A stretch of DNA of 55,508 bases, the filler included, from Jimgerdemannia flammicorona (taxonomy: Eukaryota), in NCBI GenBank assembly GCA_003990765.1. It is 2 parts of 2 records of this genome, joined end to end, with 100 filler letters (N's around TTAATTAATTAA, not from the genome) between each part and the next. Parts side by side here need not be neighbours in the genome. Positions count along the whole stretch, not along the records: positions 1 to 27,713 come from RBNJ01000612.1; 1 more part is not named here. One strand, written 5' to 3'. Each line of letters opens with the position of its first letter. Position 1 is the first letter of the stretch. A program made the position numbers and the translations under genes. Positions 13,292 through 25,275 of the stretch are shown here, one piece after another. The notes beneath the pieces are model-generated. The model was not told the DNA's origin, made no database searches, and worked only from the letters and a program-made list of their open reading frames with translations.

Positions 13292-14823
13292 TGTCATATA
13301 GTGGTCACTGAGTCCTTCAAATATACCAGATTCTCTTTAAGGTGTATCTCTTAGACTAACTCAAGTTTGTTATAAGCAAGTTCTTATTAGAGTGCCTTCC
13401 CAAGGTCTTATAGTCCTCAAACTTCTTATCTTTAAACAATCTTGTTATCTCTTAGATTGCTTGCAAGGGATTATATATAAGTGAACCAGAACTGACTTTA
13501 TTTCAGAGGAAATAAGAGGGGTATTTATACAAAATATAATTCAATGGTTGCTAAGATATAAAGCTAAATATAAATTCTAATAACTAAAACTACTAAGTTC
13601 CAGGGTTGGCACTGATGGTTGTACAGGTTCAGGATACCAGTATAATTCAATATTATGTCAGAATACCGGTACTGGCATTATTCAGTATTATCTCAGAATG
13701 CTAGTGCTGGCATTATTCAGTGTAACATAATAAGGAACTTAGAGCAGAATGTTCAAGATCATGGGGGCTTCATTCTCATCATCACTGAAGGATATGAGAT
13801 CTGTGAATTTGTCATTGTCATGCAGGTTGCGCATCCTGTATACTTTACATACTTCATCATGCATTTCGCATATATCAAAATCATGTGAGATGATGTCATT
13901 GCCAATGATATCATCACATTCAGTGGCAGGAAGGAGGTCTGGGGCTCTCTAGTCTATGAGGTTCTCTTCCACAAAATAGGGAACAAATATGGCATCTGGG
14001 GGAGGTCTAACCTGGATGCTTGGGCCTTGGAATACTGAGATCAATCCTTGCAGGAATTGGTCTGGGTTGTTCTGAAGGATGGGATGCCAGAAGTCTTCTA
14101 CTTCATCACTATTGAGGGTGATAGTGGACTGGGCTTCTGTAGTCACCCTGGCTTCTAGTGTGTTGATATGGTGAGATGACAGGTCTCTGAAATCTGAGAC
14201 TCTAACATACTCTAAGTTGGGGATCAACCATGGTACATGTCTGAAGATCTGATAGATCTTCTTAGCTATCCTCATTTCGCATATATCCATGGGAGTAGTA
14301 TCTTATAGCTCTTGAGTACTGGCCTGTGGGAACTTCTGGCAGAGGAGGTTTCCTATTTCATACTCCTGCCACATTTGGAGTCATTCAGTAGCAATGGTAA
14401 TTCTGGTTTCCATTTTCCAGTAATAGAGAATATAGTGATAAGAGTCACCAGTACCCAGGTTGACACTTGGAGTCCTTCTTGAGCAGGTCCTCATAGCTCT
14501 TCTGATGTCTTGGAACATTCTTTCTTCAACTGAGGTGCCTTGGTGGTTCCTTGACCTTGAGGTTTGGTGGGCAGCAGGCATTTCATTTGTAGTAAGTCTT
14601 TGGGCTATTTTGGGATTGGTGGGTCTTATTGGTTGCTGTTACTATGGTTTCTTGATCCTTCTTTTATATTTCTCAAGATACTTATACTGTGGTCACAATG
14701 ACTCACAGTTGGTCATCATTGCTCATCTCATATACTATATGATCTCCTTATGCTCTGATCTGATAGCTTATGAGAAAAGGCTGTCTCCTGTGCTGATGTC
14801 ATCATTCTGAGGTCACCATTACA
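13292..14823 (-). repeat. E2 3' LTR (1532 bp) containing a disrupted copy of the LTR ORF (13739-14581)
   Basis: Colinear with 20521-22052. ORF fragments 14381-14581 and 13949-14290 match the 280-aa ORF. Minus-strand TATAAATA at ~13523-13530 and AATAAA at 13497-13502. Confidence 0.95.
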
Positions 14824-15187
14824 TCTTCCTCCTGAATAAGGATCTTCTTGAGTATCCTTATTCATTGGTCCAGTCCTGAAAAATTTGCTTATCTCATAAT
14901 CTCTGGCAAGGGGTTAAAAAGTGGTATTTATAGGTTGGCATCTTCTCTTTGTATTTTGGTATGATGGTGAAAGGTTGTTCCCTTCATATAGAGCAAGGGC
15001 CTGATTCTGATCTTGACCAATCAGTTGATGGTTCAAATTCCTCTGACTTCAAAAGTCTCATAGATGAGTAGTTGCCAGTACCATATCTCTTAGAGAATGG
15101 TCCAGACAGATAGCCTGCTGGTTATGGGACATGCTGTTATGATTCACAGACTAGAACCTCATAGACAGTCATCACATTTTGTTACTC

Positions 15188-16388
15188 TTATATAGATTCA
15201 TAGTACTTCTTGAGTCTGTTCCTATATACTATGGTAGGCAGTATGGTCCCTGAGATTTTTCTAAGCCAGAAGGTAGTTCTTTTGATATCTTGCACATAGA
15301 AGGGTCCTTCCCATTTGAGCTCCAGTTTTCACAACTATGAGGCTTCTACCATATTTTGATACAGTAGAACCTTTTCTCCAATTCAGATGGGTTCTAGAGT
15401 CTTGTGATTCTTTTCTGCATTCTTTTTTGTCAGTACTTATGACTTGGTGATGTAATCTTCAGCCTTCTTCCTGATTTGGTGTAGTCTCCAGATTTCTGCA
15501 TCAACCTGTCTCTAAGTTAGGTCTAGATTTGTGACTGAGGTTCCATCAGAATCTTCTTCTTTGAAGAGCAGCTCTCTTGGAGTAAAGTGTGTGCTCTGTG
15601 ACCATATATCTCATAGGACAGAGAGGGTAGTTGGGAGATAGTTATCCCAATTCTCATATGTCTCTGAGATCTTCACTAGAATGTTCTTGAGGGTCTTGTT
15701 GGTTCTCTCTGTCTGTCCATTTTCTTGAGGGTGGTACATGGTGGTCTTGATGTGCTGGATCTTGTATTTCTGATACATTATCTCATAGAATCTATTGACA
15801 AATTCTGTGCTACAGTCTGTTGTGATTCACCTTGGTGTCTTATAGTGGTAGATGATTTCTCAGTACAGGAAGTCAGCTATAGAGAGGACATTGGCTTCTT
15901 GTAATGCTGCTGCCTCTATCTATTTAGTAAAGTGGTCTATAATAACTATAATATAGCAGTTTCCTGATAGTGTTACTGGTAGTGGCCCAATGATATCTAT
16001 TGTGATGTGGTGGAAGGGGATAGGCTCAATTCTTGATAACTCAGGTACTTGGTCTTGCTGATCTTATTTCTGTTTTTAGCACTTGTCACACCCTTTGACA
16101 AATTGGCACAGGTCTTCTTCCATCTTGGGCCACCATATGGTTCTTCTTGCCTTATTGTATGTATGTGTTGATTCCTCCTAAGTGTCCTTGCTTGTGTACT
16201 TCCTTCATTACTTGATACTTCTTGTATTCAGATATTACTAGCTTTCCTTCTTTTCTGAGTATAGTGTTGTCTAGTTCTAACTGTTTCCAAGTCCAGTTGA
16301 TGATGGTGATTGTCCAGAGTTTGAGGTGGTTGGACATCTTCTGCTGCTCAAGGTAGCTGATTAATCCATAGTATAGCTCCTTATTCAT
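15188..16388 (-). pseudogene. int: E2 integrase, separate ORF starting MNKELYY
   Basis: The RH frame ends ADTLSRIPQNTPIKTI*, then an ATG in another frame. VHKQGHLG, WWPKM, CDKC, DIIGPLP, YHPQENGQTE, WEGPF. Confidence 0.88.
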
Positions 16389-16389
16389 G

Positions 16390-17780
16390 TTAAATTGTCT
16401 TGATGGGAGTGTTTTGGGGTATCCTTGAGAGTGTATCAGCATTGGTGTTAGTTCTTCCTAAGCAGTACTTGATAGTACAGTCATACTCTTACAGTCTGTA
16501 GATCTATCTGGCATATATTCCTTTGGAGTTCAGGGTGTGGAATAGCCAGACAAGGGTGGAATAGTCTGTTTGAATGGTGAAGTATTTCCCAGCTAGGTAG
16601 TAGTGAAACTTGTCTACTGCCCAAACTACTGCTAAGTATTCAAGCTTGCATGACTTATAGTTCTGTTCTACTCTATGGGTACCTTGGCTTGCATAGGAGA
16701 TGACATATTCATATCCATCTTTCTTCTGAGCCAGGACTGCTCCAAGTCCTATAGCACTTATATCTGTTTGCAGGATAAATTCTAGGTTCCAATCTGGTCT
16801 TCTGAGGATAGGTGCTTGGGTCAATCTGGTCTTGAGTTCATTGAAGGTTTCTTGGTGCTCCTTGGTCCATTCAAATTTTGTTTCCTTCTTCAGTAGCTCA
16901 TAGATAGGTGCTGCAATGTTGGAGTATCCTTTGATAAATCTTCTGTAGTGGCTGGCCAGTTCAAGGAAGGCATGGACTTCTGTAGTTGTTCTGGATCTCA
17001 GATAGACTGCAACGGCCTTGATCTTTATGGGGTCTGTGTGGATTCCAGTCTGGTTGATGAGGTGTCCTAGGTAGGCAATTTTCTGAGCTGCAAACTTGCA
17101 TTTCTTGGGCTTGATATAGAGACCATGCTCCTTGAGCTTCTTGAGGGCTAGCTGTATGTGATTGACATGTTCCCATGTAGTGTTGCCAAAGATGATCATA
17201 TCATCAACATAGACAAAGAGCCATTTTCCAATTGCATTACTGAAGACTCTGTTCATCATTTGCTGAAAACTTGCTGGGGTATTGCACATTCCAAATGGTA
17301 TTCACAGATAGATATAGGTGGCATCAGGTGTGATGAAGGCTGATTTCTCACTGGCATCTTGAGTGAGACCAATCTGATGGAAGCCTGAGATCAGATCCAA
17401 GGTGGTGTAGTATTTGGCTTCGCTTCCAAGAGTTGTAAGGATTTCTTGAATATTTGGCAAGAGCTGCCTATCCTTCTTGGTGATGGCATTGAGCTTCCTG
17501 TAGTCAATATAGAGTCTTGGCATAAACTCTCTAGGCTTGTTTCCTTTCTTTGGGGTAAGGACAATGGGTGAGGTCCAGGGGCTGATAGCTTGCTTGATGA
17601 TTCTGGCTTCTTCCATTTCCTTGAGTTCTGCTTATAGCCATTCTCTGTAGGCAGGTGGTATGGGTCTGGCTTTCTGGTAGATGGGCTTGGTATCACTAGT
17701 GTCAACTTCATGATAGTACTTAGGTTCTTGATAGTGGATATCCCTAAAGTCTGTAGCAAGTACTCCTTCATTCTGGTACA
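16390..17780 (-). pseudogene. pol: E2 RT and RNase H
   Basis: SPWTSPIVL, IDYRKLN, LDLISGFHQI, YVDD, QTDISAIGLGAVL, LAVVWAV. Confidence 0.95.
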
Positions 17781-17899
17781 GGATCTTGAGAAGTTGTTCC
17801 TCTAGGGGAAAGTTTTCTCTGATAGTATATATGTACTTGTTCTGGTCCTTGTCTTTCTTGTGCTCAAGTTTGGTAATCTTGGTGGCAGCATAGGCTCCT

Positions 17900-18315
17900 C
17901 TTCCAGTAGATCCAAAGCCTTGTTCTCCTCTCTTGGTCTTGATGAATTCAATGGCTTCTATGATCTTGGGCTTCTTGATTTTGTGGATCAGCATCTGGCC
18001 AATCCTATCATGCTTCTTGACTTCGAAGGAGGTGGTGTGGTTATGATTTCTGACTATGAGAAAGATCTTGCCAGTGTAATCAGAATCAATTAATCCTCCT
18101 TTAACTGAGATTTTGCTTTTGGTCAGACTGCTCCTAGTCTTGATAATTCCGGCATAGTTCTCTGGCAGCTTGACTCCAATTCCAGTACCAAGTAGGGTGG
18201 TGGTCTGTGGTTCAAGAGTAGCATCTTGAATGCTGGCAAGGTCTATTCCTATGGCTCCTTCAGTCTTGTATTCTGGGATCTTGGCTTCAGAGTGAAACTT
18301 CTTGACCTTGAGGGT
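17900..18315 (-). pseudogene. dut: E2 dUTPase
   Basis: KIPEYKTEGAIGIDL, LLGTGIGV, KTRSSL, GGLIDSDYTGKI, RGEQGFGSTG. Confidence 0.92.
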
Positions 18316-18659
18316 GATGTCTGATTCTTGTTCCTCCTCATCATCACTGTCAGCCTAAAGCTCTGGGGGCTGGTCATCTACTTTGGCTTTCCTTTTTGCT
18401 TTGGTGGCTTCTTGCTCATGTTTCTGTTGGTGGATTTTTCTGACTTCACTGATACAGGACCAGCAGTCATTCAGGTGTTCAGAGCAGTGCATCCTAGTAC
18501 TATGGGGGTATCTTTCTTGAGGGGCATAGCCATCAATGATCTTGTTGTACCACTGCTCATCTGTGAGCTTGGGTGTCTTGTTCTTGTTCTTGTTCACCAA
18601 GTGCATGAAGACCTCTGTGTTCTCTTCATCTTCTTCCTCCTTATCTAGTAGGACTCCTT

Positions 18660-19030
18660 TGTGGACATTGATAGAGACTCATATCTTTCTTTCTCTATAG
18701 TTGATCTGCATCTTCTGGAAATTGAGGTCAATGATGGCCTTGGCCTTGTAAAGCCATTGGTTGCCAATGAGGATGTCATAGTTAGTGGTGCTTGTAACAA
18801 TTATGTCTACTGAGATAGTAGCTCCTCTTATCTTGATGGAGACTCTTGGATTTTGCCAAGGTGGATAGCTCATGTACCATCTGCTGTAATATAGACCATC
18901 TTGGTGGACTCTTCAATATCCCAACCTAGGCAGTCAATTGCCTTCTTGCTCATGAGGTATCCTCCAGCATCAGTATCAATGATAGCATCAAAGATACAGT
19001 CTTCAATCTGGTAGGGGGTATAGGCTGATG
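18660..19030 (-). pseudogene. E2 aspartic protease
   Basis: FDAIIDTDAGG (decayed DTGA) and YDILIGNQWL. Confidence 0.88.
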
Positions 19031-19099
19031 TCTTGTGCTAATCTTCAGATTCTTCACCTGAGTTTTCAGATTCTTCCTGTGCATTGTGAGCTTCTACAA

Positions 19100-20500
19100 T
19101 CTTGTACTCTTGATTCTTGGCAGTGGTTGTAAGTCCTACTCTCAACTGCTATCTGAAGGCAGGGACTTTGGCTAGTTGTCCAAAAGTAGCATTGATCTTC
19201 TGTTCCTTGAGTCCTTGTAGATATCATACTGGTGGATCTTAGTCTTATATAGCTTCTGTTCCTTTTTACTTTCACTTTCTCCTGAGACTGGAGTAGTGCC
19301 TTCAATAATTTGGTGGGCAGCTTCATCTAACTCTATATCTTGATCAATCTTCTTGGGTTGGGTCTTGCTTTGAATAGTGATAGCTAGGGTCTTCTTTGGT
19401 CTTCTAACTGGCTTGCTGTTGCTCTTCCTGTCATAGGGCTTGGACTGGGTTCTGGTACCTTCAGTAGTAGGGTAGAATTCAAGCTCCTTATAGTATTTTT
19501 CATCATCAGTATCACCAATCTCCTTGATGACTACTGCATTAGTTTGTTCTCTGGTTCTGCTGACATTGCTTGGTTGGGCTTTGTATCTTGTTTTGGTCAT
19601 GCAACTCTTTGCATAGTGGCCTTCTTCTCCACATCTGAAGCATGTGATATTGTGTTCTTCTATAGCAGCTGCAAATCTCTACACTGGTCTCCTGTTGGTA
19701 CTTCAAACTTCTCTAACAACATCACCAAGGTGTGCAGTCATCTTGGCAAACTGCTTGGTGAATTCTTCCACTGGGTCAGCTTTGGTTATCTTGGGGGTAG
19801 GTAGGGTTGGTTGTCTGTTTACAACTGTAGCAGATATGATACTAGTTGGCTTTGATGGCTCCATCTTGATGTCAGTTATTTTCTCTATTAAGTATTCAGC
19901 AGAGTATCTGGCAGTCCAATATCTCTATACAAAGACCACTTTCTGATCAAGGGTCAGTATAGCTGGGGTACACCAGATTGCTAGGACAATTTCAGGGTGA
20001 ACTTCTTTGAGGAAGGTTGAATCTGCTATTTGTTCCTTGAGGCAGTCATCATATCAGCCAAGATAATCTGGTAGCATATATGAGTATAGAATGAGTTGGG
20101 ATCTTCACTAAGTTCCTGGCAGATAGTATTGAGTTGATCCTTGAGAGCTTGCTTGATCTCTTCAGTATAATATGTTCTGAGGAACACCTTCATGTTGGCA
20201 AGTTTGGCTGCACCAGCATCAGCAATAGTGGCTGCATTGAACTTGTCTCTGACAGGTCCTCTGAGACTAACTGGTAGAAGGGCCAATTGAGCATCCACAC
20301 TAAGGGCTCATATGGTGGCAAATTGTTCAAAGTCTTCAATGAAGATCAGGATTGACTCTTCAGTAGTATATCCATAGAATGTGGGGGGACACATTTCCAT
20401 CTTATCTTGAATTCTTGCAGGGGTGACTCTTGTAGTCAGAGTAGTTGTTGTGGGGGTTGTTTGTTTTTCAGCTTGAAAGTGAGGGATTCATCTTGAATCA
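19100..20500 (-). pseudogene. gag: E2 gag
   Basis: PPTFYGYTTEESILIFIEDFEQF capsid motif and CFRCGEEGHYAKSC knuckle at ~19600-19645. Colinear with E4 gag. Confidence 0.88.
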
Positions 20501-20520
20501 CCAGCCAATGAGTACCAAGT

Positions 20521-22052
20521 TGTCACATAATAGTTGCTGAGTCCTTCAAATATGGCAGATTCTCTTCAAGATGTATCTCTTAGACTAACTCAAGTTTGTT
20601 ATAAGCAAGTTCTTATTGGAGTGCCTTCCCAAGGTCTTATAGTCCTCAAACTTCTTATCTTTAAACTCTCTTGTTATCTCTTAGATTGCTTGCAAGAGAT
20701 TATGTGTAAGTGAACCAGAACTGACTTTATTTTAGAGAAAATAAGAGGTATATTTGTACAAAATATAATTCAATAGTTGCTAAGATATAAAGCTAAATAT
20801 AAATTCCAATAACTAAAACTACTAAGTTCCAGGGTCAGCACTGATGGTTGTATAGGTTCAGAATGTTGATATAATTTAGTGTTATATCAGAATACCAGTG
20901 CTGGCATTATTCAGTATTACCTCAGAATGCCAGTACTGGTATTATTTGGTATAACATAACAAGGGACTTAGAGCAGAATGTTCAAGATCATAGGGGCTTC
21001 ATCCTCATCATTATTGAAGGAGATGAGATCTGTGAATTCATCATCATCATGAAGATCACACATCTCACATACTTTGCATTCTTTGTTACACATTTCACAT
21101 ATGTCAAAGTCATGCAGGATGACATCATCACCAATGACATCATTATATTTGATAACAGGAAGGAGGTCTGGGGCTCTCCAGTCTATGAGATTCTCTTCCA
21201 CAAAATAGGGAACAAATGTGGGGTCTTGGAGAGGTCTAACCCAGATGCTTGGGCCTTGGAATACTGAGATCAATCCTTGTAGAAATTGGTCTGGATTGTC
21301 CTGAAGGATGGGATGCCAGAAGTCTTCTACTTCATCACTATTGAGGGTGATAGTGGACTGGACTTTTGTAGCCACTCTGGCTTCTAGTGTATTGATATAG
21401 TGAGATAATAGGTCTCTGAAATCTGAGACTCTAACATACTTCAAGTTGGGGATTGACCATGGTACATGCCTGAAGATCTGATGGATCTTCTTAGCTGTTC
21501 TCATTTTGCATATATCCATGAGAGTGGCATCTTGTAGCTCTTGAATACTGGCCTGTGGGAACTCCCGGCAGAGGAGGTTTCCTATTTCATACTCCTGCCA
21601 CATTTGGAGGCATTTGGTAGCAATAGTGATTCTGGTTTCCATTTCATAGTGGTAGAGGATATAGTGATAAGAGTCACCAGTACCCAGGTTAACACTAAGA
21701 GTCCTTCTTGAGTGGGTCCTCATAGCTCTTCTGATGTCTTGGAACATTCTTTCTTCAACTGAGATGCCTTGGTGGTTCCTTAACCTTGAGATTTGGTAGG
21801 CAGCAGGCATTTTATTTATGGTAAGTCTTTGGGCTATTTTGGGATTGGTGGGTCTTGTTAGTTGCTGTTACTATAGTTTCTTGATTCTTCTTTTATATTT
21901 CTCAAGATACTCATACTGTAGTTACAATGACTCACAGTTGGTCATCATTGCTCATCTCATATACTATATGATCTCCTTATGCTCTGATCTGGTGGCTTGT
22001 GATGAAAGGCTATCTCCTATACTGATGTCATCATTCTGAGGTCACCATTACA
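20521..22052 (-). repeat. E2 5' LTR (1532 bp)
   Basis: Paired with 13292-14823; adjacent PBS and TSD. Confidence 0.95.
20968..21810 (-). CDS. Intact 280-aa LTR-encoded accessory protein (ORF3 family) with a C-terminal Cys cluster and acidic tail
   Basis: Uninterrupted ATG-to-TAA ORF wholly inside the LTR, in element sense. TATAAAA about 80 nt upstream (21891-21897). Homologous to E4 ORF3. Confidence 0.75.
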   Translation of the reverse strand: MPAAYQISRLRNHQGISVEERMFQDIRRAMRTHSRRTLSVNLGTGDSYHYILYHYEMETRITIATKCLQMWQEYEIGNLLCREFPQASIQELQDATLMDICKMRTAKKIHQIFRHVPWSIPNLKYVRVSDFRDLLSHYINTLEARVATKVQSTITLNSDEVEDFWHPILQDNPDQFLQGLISVFQGPSIWVRPLQDPTFVPYFVEENLIDWRAPDLLPVIKYNDVIGDDVILHDFDICEMCNKECKVCEMCDLHDDDEFTDLISFNNDEDEAPMILNILL

Positions 22053-22072
22053 ATATATATATATATCTATAA

Positions 22073-22382
22073 TAGTATTTGAAATAAATTAAATTAAGAG
22101 TTAATTCAATTCAATTTAATTCAAATTAAGGATCAATTTATTTTTATTTGAATTGAATTAAGATCTAATTCAATTTGAAGTTTAATTTGAACCAAATTTA
22201 ATAAATTTTAACTTGTTTAATATACTTAATGATAGAGAATCTAATATAATATAAATATTAAATTTGGACATATTTCCATTGAGTTATTATATTTTAAATT
22301 AAATCAGACCTCAATTTAATTTGATTCAAATGACCCTCAATTTGATTTAATTTGAATTGATTTGATTCATTTTAGAGCACTA
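22073..22382. mobile_element. Old decayed hAT-type MITE related to 31623-32225
   Basis: Ends TAGTATTT.../...GAGCACTA with AATTC/GAATT pentamer repeats (decayed GAATC/GATTC) and a shared internal AAATTTGGA...GAGTTATT. Flanks ATCTATAA / CTCTGCAG are a possible decayed 8-bp TSD. Confidence 0.6.
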
Positions 22383-22484
22383 CTCTGCAGTCTTATGTAT
22401 CCTTTTTCTTATAGTAAAAAGTAATATTTTATCACATTTATTAATAATTATATATATAAGATATATATATATATATTCTAAGAA

Positions 22485-23060
22485 CTTAAAGTATTTAAAG
22501 CAATCATAGAGAATGAGACAGGATCTAGAATATATACTATATACTCAGACAATAGATATAAATATATTAATAATATATGTAAGTAGTTCTTAAGAAAACA
22601 TAGTATATATATATCATCAGACAATAGCTCTCTATATGCTTTAGCAGAACAGTATGACTAAGATTTAACTGTTTAGTTATTGAAATAATATATATAATAA
22701 TTAATACAGCCAGATTATTATTTTCTTATTAGGCTGAAGCCATCAATAGAGCAGTATATATCTGTAATTAGTACATATATTTCTCAGGCCCTAAGTAAGG
22801 AATCTGGTAACAGTTAGCAATCAAGAGATACTAATCTTACTATTGAGGAATTATGGAGCTAGATATATCCCACCTATGGATATTCAGATGTAATATATAT
22901 ATTCTTAATAAAAGCAATACTAATCAATATAAATTTGAGCCAAAGGCTATCAAATATATCTTTCTAGGATATAGTGGCAAATCCTATAAGCTCTGGAATC
23001 CATACATGTGATATATAGTCACTTTGCATAATATACAGTTTAGAGAAAAAGAAGATCCAT
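22485..23060 (+). mobile_element. Ty1/copia integrase remnant
   Basis: KVFKAIIENETGSRIYTIYSDN (copia IRSDNGGEY region), *AEAINRAVYICN, and KFEPKAIKYIFLGYSGKSYKLWNP (copia C-terminal SH3-like segment). Confidence 0.8.
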
Positions 23061-23939
23061 ATAGAAATATCAGTCAAAACATCCTTTACATTGCAGCCAA
23101 TGCAACTGTCATCCACCTCTTCAGCAGTGAATTAAAATTATTTCCAACTGCTATACATGCCTGAGTCAGAGTTACTTGAACCAAGAATAACCGAGATCAA
23201 AGACACTCATGCATGCATTTGCCCAATACACATACAAACATATACTCATCCAATCTATTATTATAATTTGGTATATACGGGTGCCAGTCAATAGAGGGTA
23301 CGGGTTATCGAAGGAGGAAGACGGGGATTTAAACTGTTCTACACAAATTAAAACTGTTTACGCAAGCTGTTTCAGCTTACGTGTACCTCGGTGGAAGTAT
23401 ATACGTCGAAGCTTACGCACGGGCTTACGCAGTGCGCGCAATCATAAACTAATGGAAGCCGCCTGCATTGGTAAGGAACCGAATCCATGGGTTCATAGGT
23501 CGCTTTTCAGGCTCTAAACCGCCTTAATGATTTCACTAGCCCTAGATCCCCCCTTTTCGGGTTACAAACCGCATCTTTATTATTGATCTACCTCCTCAAC
23601 GTCACCAAGCTACATGACTTTGGACTTCCACACGACTTCAATAATACCATTATGATCTTCTACAAACCCAAATTGTAATAATAAAAATCTCCAAGCCTGA
23701 ACATTGTTTCCAAGTTGAATACACAAAATAAAAAAAAAACAGCAGATTTTGCCACAGTTACTCTGTATAACTTATTATAAAATATTTTAACAGAAACAGA
23801 CCTTATGTTTCTGGTCATGTGACCAAAGTATACTGTCGTCACCATTTGGTAAATAGCACACGTCTGACTTTTTTTTTCTCAACCTTCGTGCTTCACACTA
23901 CAACATACTCCCTCCGTTCTTCACCCTACCAGCACCAAC

Positions 23940-25240
23940 ATGTAATAAATCCGGCATGTCCCCGAAATCGGACGTCAGTGTCTGACTTAGTTTTCGCAGA
24001 TATCAACGCATTCCGAGGGTCAGCTCTCGCCTCATTCCTGGACTCCTTGTATCGCGACCCACATACTCAGCGCTACAAAGAAATTATCAATGAGCACATC
24101 GAATTGGAGAGCAACCAGAACTATATTGTTGTCGTCTTTGACTGGGAGGGAAATTCATCAAGGACGCAGTAACCTGGGTGCCGAAGTCTATACCAGAAGG
24201 GGAGCGTGTCAGATTTGGGGCAGGTTTTCCGGTATGCTGTAGTTTGCTGTGAGGGATCGTTTCACTATTCGAGGAACACAAAATGTTTATTTTGTCAAGA
24301 TATTGTATGTTGAGTTAAGACTCACACTCTCGAGGTCACTATCCAACCTTGTAAACCTGACATCCTACCTCATGCAGCACGCTTACACCACCTGCACCCC
24401 ACCAGCGTTGACTTCGCCATCAACCCAGCACGCGAAACCGTTACCGACAGCATCATCGAAAACGCGGCGACTCCATTTGAGGATCTCATCTATATTTCAG
24501 ATGCGTACCAGAATGGGAACGTGTCAGATTTACTCCAAGGTTAGGCAGGTTTTCTGGTCCGCTGTTTTGTTATGAGGTCTTGTTCCAAAAATTAACTCCT
24601 ATTTGATGGCACAACCTGATTTGACCTAGTATATTCATTTTTACCAAAATCTGGTATCTGTTGCGATGTGAAAGCCCATACGCGCGGAATGACAGAAGCG
24701 ACATTGGGAACATGCATATACCTGGCCCAAAAGCTGACGGGATGGGCGAGAAGCCGAAATACCCAATATTTATTCCAAGATTCTCCTTCGCTGCCATGTG
24801 TGGAGGTGACGGGTGCTGGGCTTTCAATGGCGGCAAGGGAGTTGCAGGAGGATACGGAGGAGGCGCTGTGCGACGGTAAGTTGGTGTATATGAATTAATA
24901 TTTAGTCCGTCCGATAATTTGGTTTACTTAACAAAAGTTGTGTTTTTTACATAGCTCTGGCATTGTTGTTGGTTGACCATCACATCGACACTTCGTTCGA
25001 TTAAAGTGATTTGTTTCGTGAGGTTGGTGAGACTTGTCATTTTACATAAACTATATCGGGATTTACGACTCATAATTCCTTAAACACCACAGATTCATCA
25101 CTATCCCCAAGATTATGAGTGCACCAAGAGCGCTGTGCTGGTATTGGCTACAGTACTAGAAAACAAGAGGCCGCCATTGCCAGGGCATAGAACGGGTGCC
25201 CTGATGAGCTGAGGAGGTGGCCGATACAGCAATAAATTAA
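23940..25240 (+). pseudogene. Multi-exon gene or pseudogene of unknown product in a CpG-retaining island
   Basis: Normal CpG content. Plausible GT..AG introns (GTAAGT ~24876 to CATAG ~24953; GTTGGT ~25023 to CACAG ~25093). Exon-like reads DINAFRGSALASFLDSLY.., LHHLHPTSVDFAINPARE.., ARELQEDTEEALCD.., IHHYPQDYECTKS... An apparent frameshift (~24150) and an in-frame stop. AATAAA at 25231. Confidence 0.45.
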
Positions 25241-25275
25241 CTTTCATCTGGCATGCTTCAATCAATTCATATTTC

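Larger units (their letters stand above)
13292..22052 (-). mobile_element. E2: full-length decayed Ty3/Gypsy element with dUTPase and a protein-coding LTR
   Basis: Equal-length 1532-bp LTRs 13292-14823 and 20521-22052 (TGT...ACA), TSD ATAT inside a (TA)n tract, PPT AGGAGGAAGA at 14824-14833, PBS TGGTACTCATTGG next to 20520. Confidence 0.95.

Noticed and set aside
14824..15200. Possible extra ORF between E2 integrase and the PPT
   Set aside because: All three frames can be opened by reverting stops and none resembles ORF3, so a coding frame cannot be assigned.
25150..25225. VLENKRPPLP...CPDELRR resembling a kinase C-lobe
   Set aside because: Requires a frameshift, and no HRD/DFG motifs are visible upstream.
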